IMG/VR virus record: IMGVR_UViG_3300045988_144650 | DNA: 64,000 nucleotides | DNA from: a virus | Reading direction: 5' to 3' (one strand) | Part shown: positions 44,747 through 52,577 of the stretch, in pieces | Layout: each line of letters opens with the position of its first letter | How positions within the stretch are numbered: the stretch's first letter is position 1 | Position numbers and translations under genes: made by a program | Notes under the pieces: generated by a model | The model's input: only the letters and a program-made list of their open reading frames with translations | Told to the model about the DNA's origin: nothing | Databases searched by the model: none

Positions 44747-45237
44747 ACCTCCTCAGAATACGGATACTGAATAACTTTGTCCCCATCAACGATGGGGTGA
44801 CGAATGGAAAACCCATATGCGTCGTAGAGATATTCCTCAAACGCAGATGCGATTTCCTCAATGCAGTCATCATCGAAGCACTCGTCCGGTTCGCACTCCA
44901 ACAGAACGGAGAGGTAATCAATGGTTGCGCTGTGGATTTCTCCAAGTCGGTCAAGGTCTTCTGCATCCAAAACCTCATCGCTATCGGTTTCGCAGATGTA
45001 GAGATTGAGAAGCTGCGAGTAAACCTTTTCGATTTCAGCTTCAGAACTTGCTTTGGCTTCGTATTCAACGACTCCGTCCACTTCAACCGTGAAGTAAGGC
45101 AAACCCTCTTCCTCGGTGATGTAAACCTCGGCGCCAACCTCTGCTTCATCAGCGACCAAGCGATATTCGCTCTGCAGGGCAAACCGATTTTCGTTGTAGA
45201 ACTTTCGGATCTCGCCAACAGATACAATCGCTGCCAT
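44743..45237 (-). CDS. Hypothetical acidic protein.
   Basis: Likely start MAAIVSVGEI at 45237 after AAAGGAGG. The track extension to 45291 would run through the family-2 element. Confidence 0.45.
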   Translation of the reverse strand: MAAIVSVGEIRKFYNENRFALQSEYRLVADEAEVGAEVYITEEEGLPYFTVEVDGVVEYEAKASSEAEIEKVYSQLLNLYICETDSDEVLDAEDLDRLGEIHSATIDYLSVLLECEPDECFDDDCIEEIASAFEEYLYDAYGFSIRHPIVDGDKVIQYPYSEEV

Positions 45238-45275
45238 CTGAACACCTCCTTTTCCTGTTAAATTCAAAACTTTCC

Positions 45276-45321
45276 ACTCTGCATTTCTCATGCGGGCTTG
45301 TGACCGCCATTGGCTGCATTA
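45276..45321. repeat. Family-2 element, copy 4 (short form).
   Basis: CTCTGCATTTCTCATGCGG-GCTTGTGA-CCGC-CATTGGCTGCATTAG. The hairpin-1 stem changed ACGG/CCGT to GCGG/CCGC (compensatory). TTGAAT follows 9 nt downstream on the minus strand. Confidence 0.4.
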
Positions 45322-45549
45322 GAAAACCCCTCTTGAGAACAGGTAAGCAGCCGATTCACAAGAGGGGAATTTCCCCCGCGTTCAGGTGTTAATGCGGGAT
45401 TGTTTAATCAATCATAAACTTTAATCATTTGGATAACACCTGCCCAAAGCAAGAGGTCAGCGCTAACCCCTCACTCTCCGCATTTCGGGAATCTTTTCGC
45501 ATACGGTACGCCGCGTCAAGGCTCGTCGCGGAAAACCCTGCCAGGGATG

Positions 45550-45621
45550 TGACATGAGCAAGACTCGAACTTGCGACACGCCGGTCATATCCGGTTGCTC
45601 TACCGACTGAGCTATCATGCC
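45550..45621 (-). tRNA. tRNA-like element or pseudo-tRNA, with no encoded CCA and a noncanonical anticodon arm.
   Basis: Canonical D-arm TAGCTCAGTCGGTAGAGC and T-arm GCAAG-TTCGAGT-CTTGC with acceptor GGCATGA/TCATGTC. The anticodon region CCGG-ATATGA-CCGG gives only a 4-bp stem and a 6-nt loop. Confidence 0.4.
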
Positions 45622-45838
45622 ATAGCAGGAGAAGCGTGGACTTTTGCCAAAGCCTCCAGAGCCTCAAAACTCTCTACGACGGTTTTGTGAGCGCAGGCAA
45701 TCGCACAACGATCACAGTCAATGTGCATACCGCGATTACAGCACACATTGCAGGAGTAACGGAAACTTCCTTGTGCTTTTCGCTTACTGGTCGCGCCGTA
45801 CTGAATTTCGACACCGATTTCTTCAAATCTGGTCATCG
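45615..45838 (-). CDS. Small Cys-rich protein.
   Basis: Likely start MTRFEE... after AAAGGAG. The body reads CNVCCNRGMHIDCDRCAIACAH. Confidence 0.4.
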
Positions 45839-46124
45839 TAACAACTCCTTTCGTATTGAATTTTGAAACCTGGGAGACGCGCTCCACCGACCGCCATTGT
45901 GGCGGTTATCGTCTTAATTTTCAAAGACTCATCAGGGTGGCTCTACCCACGGCAACAAAAGGAGCAAGGCAAATTGTTTTCTGTTTGAGAACTTGTCTGC
46001 CTCTGCACACTTGCGAGGAGATCACAAGTCGGTTTAATTCATAAGACCTTGCAGCTTTCGTTTTCCGTTTTTTGGCATAAAAAAGACCCTCCAGAGAAAC
46101 CGGAAGGTCTTGATAGGGAAAAGC

Positions 46125-46455
46125 TTATTCAGTTGTTTTGAAAACGCCCTTAACCGTTACGGACGCTCTAACGGTGCCGTCATTCAACGGCAAAATCTCG
46201 AATGTGTTGCATCTGCTCAAAACCTCTTTGAGCCTCAAAGCTCCATCCTTGTCCAGGTGGATCGCAGGAACTTCAACGGTAACGCTTCCAGAGGTAAAGT
46301 TCGGGAACAGCTTCAGCTCCGGCAGAGTTCCAATCAGGCTGGAAACCTCAGTGAAAACCTGGCTCAAAACCTCATACCGTTCCGGGACAATTTCCTTGTT
46401 CTCATTGCCCTCGGTCACAGCGGAATACAACAAGGCTTCAAAAACCTCGCCAAAC
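46125..46455 (-). CDS. Hypothetical protein.
   Basis: No ATG in frame. The likely start is a GTG next to GAGAGGAG, and the exact start is uncertain. Confidence 0.35.
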
Positions 46456-46477
46456 TCGTACAGATTTCTCACACTCC

Positions 46478-46510
46478 TCTCGTTTTTCAAATCGTGCTTA
46501 TTATAGCACA
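46478..46510 (-). promoter_or_regulatory. Sigma-70-like promoter, TTGAAA-17-TGcTATAAT (minus strand).
   Basis: Minus strand reads TTGAAAAACGATCCGATTTGTGCTATAAT: the -35 TTGAAA, 17 nt, then the -10 TATAAT with a TG extension. It lies 11 nt downstream of family-2 copy 2. Confidence 0.5.
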
Positions 46511-46544
46511 AATCGGATCGTTTTTCAATTCAAGACCCTGCCCA

Positions 46545-46599
46545 CTCTGCGTTTACACGGACTTGTGACCGTTTGCAAAACCTTTGCAAGTCGCATTAG
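46545..46599. repeat. Family-2 two-hairpin element, copy 2.
   Basis: CTCTGCGTTTACACGG-ACTTGTGA-CCGT-TTGCAAA-ACC-TTTGCAA-GTCGCATTAG. Confidence 0.45.
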
Positions 46600-46633
46600 G
46601 CGCGGAGAGCCGAAACCCTCCGCGTTTGGGGAT

Positions 46634-47473
46634 TTATGCGGCAGCTTCAGCCTTCTTGACAACAACGGTCTCGGCTTCAGCAACCTTCTTGGAAGCCTTG
46701 GGCTTGGTCTGCTTAGCGGTTTCGGTCTTAGGTTCGGAACCTTCAGCCACATTGGAAGTGCGCTTGTGGTCGACACCGTAAGTGCCATTGGTAACTACGC
46801 GATGGAACACATCCATCAGCAAGCTCTGGAGGATGGTGTGCTTGGAACAGATAACCCTCAGAGCGGTCTTGTTGTTCTTCTTGGCGTAACAGAGCCAGAT
46901 GTAAGCCAGGTCATGGCTGTTCACGCGACCTTCGCCTTCGGAAAGAGAGTCCAAAACCTTCTGCATATGCTTAACGCACTGGGTATCGGAAGTCGGGGTC
47001 TTGCCAAGGTCGATTTCGGCAGCCAGCTTATCCATGCTGTAACTGTCGTCGATGGATTTCATTTCCTTTGCGGAAACCCCAAGCTCGGTGGCAGCCTTGA
47101 GGGTCAGGCGCTTGTTAAGAGCCTGCATCTCATAGAACCAACCCATGTCCAGGCTCTTGTACTCGCAGAACTTGCGGAGGTCAATCTGAACCATACGCTC
47201 AGACTTTTCGACGCCGGTCATAACGCCGTCCTCGGAGATCTTCTTGTGGGAAATGGTGGTGAAGTGGTGCTGCACGAGTGCTTCGTGAACATCAGCACAA
47301 GAAGCGAAAACCTCCTTCTCACGAAGGGCGCGGTAATCGTTCTCGATGTTCTTCAGCTCGGTAAGCTTGCCCTCAACCTCTGCGGCGGTGCCTTTGGCAC
47401 AAATCTTGTTGACCTCGGCGATTTTCGCCTCATAATCGGCAAGAAGTCGGGCTTTAATGTCTTTTGTTGCCAT
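46634..47473 (-). CDS. Hypothetical protein, 279 aa, with a Lys/Ala-rich C-terminal tail.
   Basis: Strong RBS AAAGGAG. The C-terminus reads KQTKPKASKKVAEAETVVVKKAEAAA. Confidence 0.45.
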   Translation of the reverse strand: MATKDIKARLLADYEAKIAEVNKICAKGTAAEVEGKLTELKNIENDYRALREKEVFASCADVHEALVQHHFTTISHKKISEDGVMTGVEKSERMVQIDLRKFCEYKSLDMGWFYEMQALNKRLTLKAATELGVSAKEMKSIDDSYSMDKLAAEIDLGKTPTSDTQCVKHMQKVLDSLSEGEGRVNSHDLAYIWLCYAKKNNKTALRVICSKHTILQSLLMDVFHRVVTNGTYGVDHKRTSNVAEGSEPKTETAKQTKPKASKKVAEAETVVVKKAEAAA

Positions 47474-48041
47474 AGTTCTTACTCCTTTATGGTTTATTTA
47501 TGGGCAAGCCCATAATGAAGCGCAGTAACCCTTGTGGAGCTACTGCGCTCGATATAGACTTGCGTAGCAAGGGCAAGCCCCTGCGCGCATAAACTTTTTG
47601 ATTGACAAATCATGCTCGCTCAAGTAATTCCCCTGGTCGCCTTACATCTGCGCTATACACCTCCTTGAAGCTTTCACGCATAACACCCAACTCTACCACG
47701 ATAGAGGCATCCTTGATACCTAAACCGCTTAACGGCTTTATCAAATGCTGCTCAGAAACCAGGCTGCATAAGTGAGCCAACACTTATTCACTTGCGCTTA
47801 TTCATATCGCTCAAAGGTCATAGTGACTATAACCTATTGCCGAGAACTCAATACTACCCGCGTTCAGTATCCGCGCACTCTGAACCTAACTTTCAGAATT
47901 TTTGGCTGACCTTCTCTTATGGCGGTTGAAGCCGCGCTCGTGGTAAGAGTACCCTTCTTTTGGTGGCAAAAGTACCCCTTGTGTATGCCCATCAAGGTGG
48001 CGCGTTGGATCGCTCAACCAAGTAAAAACCTGGTCGAACCA

Positions 48042-48099
48042 CTCTGCATTTATACGGGCTTGTGACCGTTCGCCGGAAACCTCCGGCAAGCTGCATTAG
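48042..48099. repeat. Family-2 two-hairpin element, copy 3.
   Basis: CTCTGCATTTATACGG-GCTTGTGA-CCGT-TCGCCGGA-AACC-TCCGGC-AAGCTGCATTAG. Confidence 0.45.
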
Positions 48100-48132
48100 T
48101 TCTTTGGGTCTTTCCGTGTGCGCTTTTGCGCT

Positions 48133-48376
48133 CGTTTCGGTTGCCCCATATACACGCACACGGCTGTATGTCACCCTGTGCGGTGTGGCTGTCCGTTTCG
48201 GTTGCCCCATATACACGCACACGGCTGTATGTCACCCTGTGCGGTGTGGCTGTCCGTTTCGGTTGCCCCATATACACGCACACGGCTGTATGTCACCCTG
48301 TGCGGTGTGGCTGTCCGTTTCGGTTGCCCCATATACACGCACACGGCTGTATGTCACCCTGTGCGGTGTGGTCGCG
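48133..48376. repeat. Tandem direct repeats, 61-bp unit x 4 (3.9 copies), GC-rich.
   Basis: The unit CGTTTCGGTTGCCCCATATACACGCACACGGCTGTATGTCACCCTGTGCGGTGTGGCTGTC repeats exactly at 48133, 48194, 48255 and 48316, with a divergent last unit. A partial fifth copy (TACGCACACGGCTGTATGTCACCC) sits at 49368-49392. Confidence 0.8.
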
Positions 48377-48457
48377 GTGTGCGCGGTATATGGTAGTCAC
48401 CAGAGCGCAAAAAAAGGAGGGGCGCGGTTGCCCCTCCTGCGGTGTGTGTATGCGGTT

Positions 48458-49231
48458 TTACCATCTTGCACGCTTGCGGAGAATGGTTTGCATTTCGTCA
48501 ATGTCCTCCGCCGTGTATCCTGCCTCCGTAAAGGCGCGAAGGTCGCGGTCAAGCTCTACCATGCGCGCAAGCACTTTGAAATATGCGCGGTATAAGGTCT
48601 GATATACTGTCGCGCGTTTGATGTTGAGCGCGTCCGCGATGTCCTGCGCGCTCTGTCCGTCCTGATATGCCATGTTGAGCACACGCGCTTGATTTTCGGT
48701 CATGTCGGCGGTTTCAACTGCCTTGCGCGTCAAGCGGTCAAGCGCGGGGAAGGTTGCCTTTGCGGTGCGCGGTGTGATGTTGCACGCGCTCCATCCCGGC
48801 AGATATTCGCGCTCGCTGTTGCGGTCGCGTTTCGCTTGTTCTGCGCGGATTGCGGAAAATGCCGCCGTTTTCAATGTGTGCATATCGGCGGAGGGGTTCT
48901 CTGCGAAAATGACAGCGAACGCAACGCAAGCGGTCATAATGTAGTCCTCCCTGTCCTCCGCTGTGCGCTTGAAGGGTTCTAATACTGCGTTATCGTTTCG
49001 CCGTTCCCAATTCTCCACACTGCGGAGGGTATGCTGTGCAAGTGCAAGCTGTCCTTCGCCATCCTGCGCGGTGCAGTACGGATATACACGGAAGGAGGCG
49101 CGGTCATGCTTGCCTTCCGCCTGCGCGGTTGCCTGCATGATGTTGTCAGCCTCCACAAGTGCGGTTTGCTTGACTGTTGCCTTCGTGGTTTCGGTTGCCT
49201 TGTTCAATACACAGATTTGATACAACATAGG
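48458..49231 (-). CDS. Sigma-70 region-4-like transcriptional regulator (late activator or ECF-like sigma candidate).
   Basis: C-terminal TENQARVLNMAYQDGQSAQDIADALNIKRATVYQTLYRAYFKV matches the sigma region 4 HTH. Likely start MLYQICV at 49231 after GGAAGGAAAG. Confidence 0.55.
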   Translation of the reverse strand, partial: PMLYQICVLNKATETTKATVKQTALVEADNIMQATAQAEGKHDRASFRVYPYCTAQDGEGQLALAQHTLRSVENWERRNDNAVLEPFKRTAEDREDYIMTACVAFAVIFAENPSADMHTLKTAAFSAIRAEQAKRDRNSEREYLPGWSACNITPRTAKATFPALDRLTRKAVETADMTENQARVLNMAYQDGQSAQDIADALNIKRATVYQTLYRAYFKVLARMVELDRDLRAFTEAGYTAEDIDEMQTILRKRARW

Positions 49232-49316
49232 TCTTTCCTTCCTGTCCATGGGATATAGTATAGTTTTCGGGATTGCTTGTGGTAGATTGCAAGCCCTGCC
49301 CCATGTGACATTATGG

Positions 49317-49345
49317 ATTATACCTCCGATTTTCCATGTTGTCAA
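49317..49345 (-). promoter_or_regulatory. Perfect-consensus sigma-70 promoter TTGACA-17-TATAAT (minus strand).
   Basis: Minus strand reads TTGACAacatggaaaatcggaggTATAAT, upstream of the sigma-like gene. Confidence 0.6.
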
Positions 49346-49731
49346 CAGTTTTTTTCACGGCGTTATTACGCACACGGCTGTATGTCACCCAATAGGAACG
49401 GAGGCGCGTGTGCGGTCATATATCTATGTTGCAAAATGGCACTATGCAACATGGGGGCGTGTTTTCCATATTTACGGCAGAACGGCGACCAGGCTATCCG
49501 GGTAGTTGCTCCACCACATTCACAGCCCTTTTCTCTCAACTTGACCCATCACCCCAAACGCCTGTAAACACAAGGAAAATAGGGCTTTTTATTGTCGGAG
49601 AGAGTGCCGTGATCATGCTGTTTAACCACGATGATCTCTTTGAGAATAAAAAGCCCGCCTTGCTGTAATGGCTTAAAAACGCACTTTAGCATTGGTGCAA
49701 AAAATATCAACAATTTTTTATGAAGAACCCC

Positions 49732-49759
49732 TTGACAAATGCTCCAAAATGAGTATAAT
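49732..49759 (+). promoter_or_regulatory. Near-consensus sigma-70 promoter TTGACA-16-TATAAT (plus strand).
   Basis: TTGACAaatgctccaaaatgagTATAAT, 55 nt upstream of the first plus-strand gene. Confidence 0.55.
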
Positions 49760-49814
49760 GGTATTGTAGTCAGTAGTTATTTACACGGCGAACAAGCAGA
49801 GAGGAGCAAAGCTC

Positions 49815-50633
49815 ATGGGTAACATCATTATGGTAGATTTCAACGCTATGCGTGAGAGTAGGGTGATCGACACTGCAGCAGTCAAGCAGTCACGGAGAGT
49901 TCTCCGAGAAGGTCTGATTGCACCGGCTATCGAGGATACTTCCTACCAGATTGCTGGCGAGCATACCAGTGATCCCATCAAGAGCATTGATGACATCTAC
50001 TCTATCTCCAACTGGTTTATCAGCCAGGGTAGATACAGAGACAATATGCTCTTTATCGTTGGCATCAACTTTGGTCTTCGTGTCAGCGATCTCCTCACGC
50101 TTCGTTTCTCCCATCTGATCGATGAACAGTTCAGGTTCAAGACCACCTTCCCCATTCTGGAGAAGAAGACCAAGAACACCAGAAAGGTTCAGAAGAACAG
50201 ATACATCACCATCAACGATGCGGTGGTCGATGCGGTCATGCTCTACCTTGAGCATACCCACGGTGTGAAGCTGAGTGACTATATGTTTCGTGGTGAGAGC
50301 AACCGGTGTGGTAGCGACAACAAGCCTATGCACCGCAACTCCGTCGAGAGAATTCTGAAAGAGGTTGGTACAGTCCTTGGTATCGAAGCTCATATGGCAA
50401 CCCATACACTTCGCAAGACTTTTGCCTATCATCAGATGCTGATTAGCAACAACGATCCTCGTAAGCTGCTGCTTCTGCAGAAGATGTTTGGACACAGCAC
50501 CTCGGCTCAGACATTGGACTATATCGGCATTACTGGCGAGGAGATCGAAGCTGCCTATATGGAGCTGAACCTCGGTGCCAGACATAAGCCTTACTTGGTG
50601 GACAGCACCATCGGAGAGATGGCTGCCTGCTAA
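49815..50633 (+). CDS. Small tyrosine recombinase (phage integrase family).
   Basis: Box I LRVSDLLTLRF, then HTLRKTF (HxLR) and the catalytic Tyr in SAQTLDYIG. Confidence 0.6.
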   Translation: MGNIIMVDFNAMRESRVIDTAAVKQSRRVLREGLIAPAIEDTSYQIAGEHTSDPIKSIDDIYSISNWFISQGRYRDNMLFIVGINFGLRVSDLLTLRFSHLIDEQFRFKTTFPILEKKTKNTRKVQKNRYITINDAVVDAVMLYLEHTHGVKLSDYMFRGESNRCGSDNKPMHRNSVERILKEVGTVLGIEAHMATHTLRKTFAYHQMLISNNDPRKLLLLQKMFGHSTSAQTLDYIGITGEEIEAAYMELNLGARHKPYLVDSTIGEMAAC

Positions 50634-50847
50634 CCCACCAACCCTGTACCTTGACAAACAGGCGCCTGTCGCCTCATATGACCATCACGATTCCTTATTT
50701 ACAATGTCCTTGGGAAGCTCTTTCTTTCACTGTTGTCTGACAGAGATTCTCTTTAAGGGCATCCCCAACTTAGGCCGGATTTCACAGGCCGAAAAATTCA
50801 TTTTGCGACCGCCTTGGTCGCAGAATTAGAAAAGAGGTAGCAAAACT

Positions 50848-51234
50848 ATGAGAAACAACTGGATCTTGCAGGCCGACGAGGACAATATCGCCGCCGCAAG
50901 AGGAGATTACGATGACTACGGATACGGCGGTACGCACCCAGTGTCCATCGGCGACGAGATCGCTGTGGACGACGAGGAGTGCTTCCAGAGCGGTATCGTA
51001 GTCGGCATTATTCGCAATATCTATGGCGTCCCCGTGTGCTATAAGGTGGTGAGCCGCGCGGACGCAAACGACACCGTGGGCGTGTTCGATTATATCTCTC
51101 CAGACAAGGTAACTGTCTGCGACCCTTGTGGGTCAGCATCATGGTCAGTCAGTCGCATTGGTTATGAGTGGACTGAGGATGATGCCGGTGGGCGCTTCTT
51201 CAATAAGCTGACGGGAGATGTGATCTTTTGGTAA
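50848..51234 (+). CDS. Hypothetical protein.
   Basis: 128-aa ORF. Confidence 0.4.
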   Translation: MRNNWILQADEDNIAAARGDYDDYGYGGTHPVSIGDEIAVDDEECFQSGIVVGIIRNIYGVPVCYKVVSRADANDTVGVFDYISPDKVTVCDPCGSASWSVSRIGYEWTEDDAGGRFFNKLTGDVIFW

Positions 51235-52457
51235 AGGTGTGCGATGCCATCATGGGCACCGGCAAGAGTTCCGCTGCTATCACCTACATGAATGAGCATC
51301 CCGAGAAACGCTTCATTTATATTACCCCCTACCTTGAAGAAGCCAACCGCATCGCCACCTCCTGCGACAAGACACAGTTCTTCGAGCCGCAGAAGATCAC
51401 ACAGTTTTCGGGCTCCAAGACACTGCACACCATCGATCTGGTGAGTCGCGGAGAGAACATTGCAACCACACACCAAGCATTCCGTTTCTATCCGCAGGAA
51501 CTGCTCGACCTTGTCAAAGAGAAGCAGTACACACTGATTATCGATGAGAATGTGGATGTGCTGGAAACACTCGACGAAGATCCTGCCGACATCCAGATGG
51601 CAATTGACGCAGGGTACATTGAGGAGACACGGAGCGGTGTATATCACCTCGTTAAAGATGTGTATACTGGCAAGCTCCACCGTGATCTGTTCCGTGTTCT
51701 GCGGACGAGGGATCTTATTAAGGTTACCGGCGAGAAAAAAGAGTCGTTCTTCTACTGGCAGCTTCCGCCGGAGCTGATTACTTCCTTTGAGGAAGTGTTC
51801 ATTCTGACATATCTGTTCAACGGTCAGAGCCTGCACCATTTTCTGGAGATGTACAACATTCCCTATGAGTTTATCGGGATCGACAAGGCTGACGGTGTAT
51901 TCCGTTTCAGTGACACCTCCAGATATGTGCCGGACTATGTACACACGCTGAAAGATATGATACATATTATCGACAACAAGAAGCTGAACCAAATTGGCGA
52001 GGACAATTTCGCTCTGTCGCTGAGCTGGTTTGGCAAAGAGCAGTCAGATATCAAGAAGCTGAAGAACAATGTCTACAACTTCTTTAATCATATCTGTGCT
52101 GCTACCTCCGCTGAGAGAATGTGGAGCACTTACGCCGATGCAGAATACAAACTGCGCGGCAAGGGATATTCCAACGGGTTTATTCCTTTTAACAAAAAAG
52201 CAACTAATAACTTTAAGGATCGGACGGCTGCAGCCTATTGCGTCAACATCTTTATGAATGTGGGGCAGAAGCTCTTTTATCAGAACAATGGTGTTGATGT
52301 GTACGAAGATGACTATGCACTGTCCATCATGGTGCAATGGATCTGGCGAAGCGCCATTCGTGACGGCAAGAAGATATGGCTGTATGTGCCCAGCAAGCGT
52401 ATGCGCGATTTGCTTACAAACTGGATTGAGGAGGTGAGCAATGGTGGCAGCGTGTGA
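51228..52457 (+). CDS. P-loop NTPase (Zot-like/replication-type ATPase).
   Basis: Walker A GTGKSS at the N-terminus and Walker B LIIDEN. Confidence 0.5.
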   Translation: MVKVCDAIMGTGKSSAAITYMNEHPEKRFIYITPYLEEANRIATSCDKTQFFEPQKITQFSGSKTLHTIDLVSRGENIATTHQAFRFYPQELLDLVKEKQYTLIIDENVDVLETLDEDPADIQMAIDAGYIEETRSGVYHLVKDVYTGKLHRDLFRVLRTRDLIKVTGEKKESFFYWQLPPELITSFEEVFILTYLFNGQSLHHFLEMYNIPYEFIGIDKADGVFRFSDTSRYVPDYVHTLKDMIHIIDNKKLNQIGEDNFALSLSWFGKEQSDIKKLKNNVYNFFNHICAATSAERMWSTYADAEYKLRGKGYSNGFIPFNKKATNNFKDRTAAAYCVNIFMNVGQKLFYQNNGVDVYEDDYALSIMVQWIWRSAIRDGKKIWLYVPSKRMRDLLTNWIEEVSNGGSV

Positions 52458-52577
52458 TAAGTGTCTGTGGCGCGAACAGTGCCTGTCGGATGAAGTGTGC
52501 GAACACTACACCCCAGTTGATGAAGACGAATACATCGACGAAATGATCGAGAAAGGCCGCTACGAGTTCCGTAAAGA

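Noticed and set aside
48133-48376. Possible CRISPR array.
   Set aside because: The repeats are contiguous with no spacers, the unit is 61 bp, and there are no cas genes. This is a plain tandem repeat.
48062-48602. Three overlapping plus-strand ORFs with internally repeated peptide sequence (CPIYTHTAVCHPVRCG...).
   Set aside because: They are a translation artefact of the 61-bp tandem DNA repeats. 61 is not a multiple of 3, so the frames rotate, and the ORFs have no start context.
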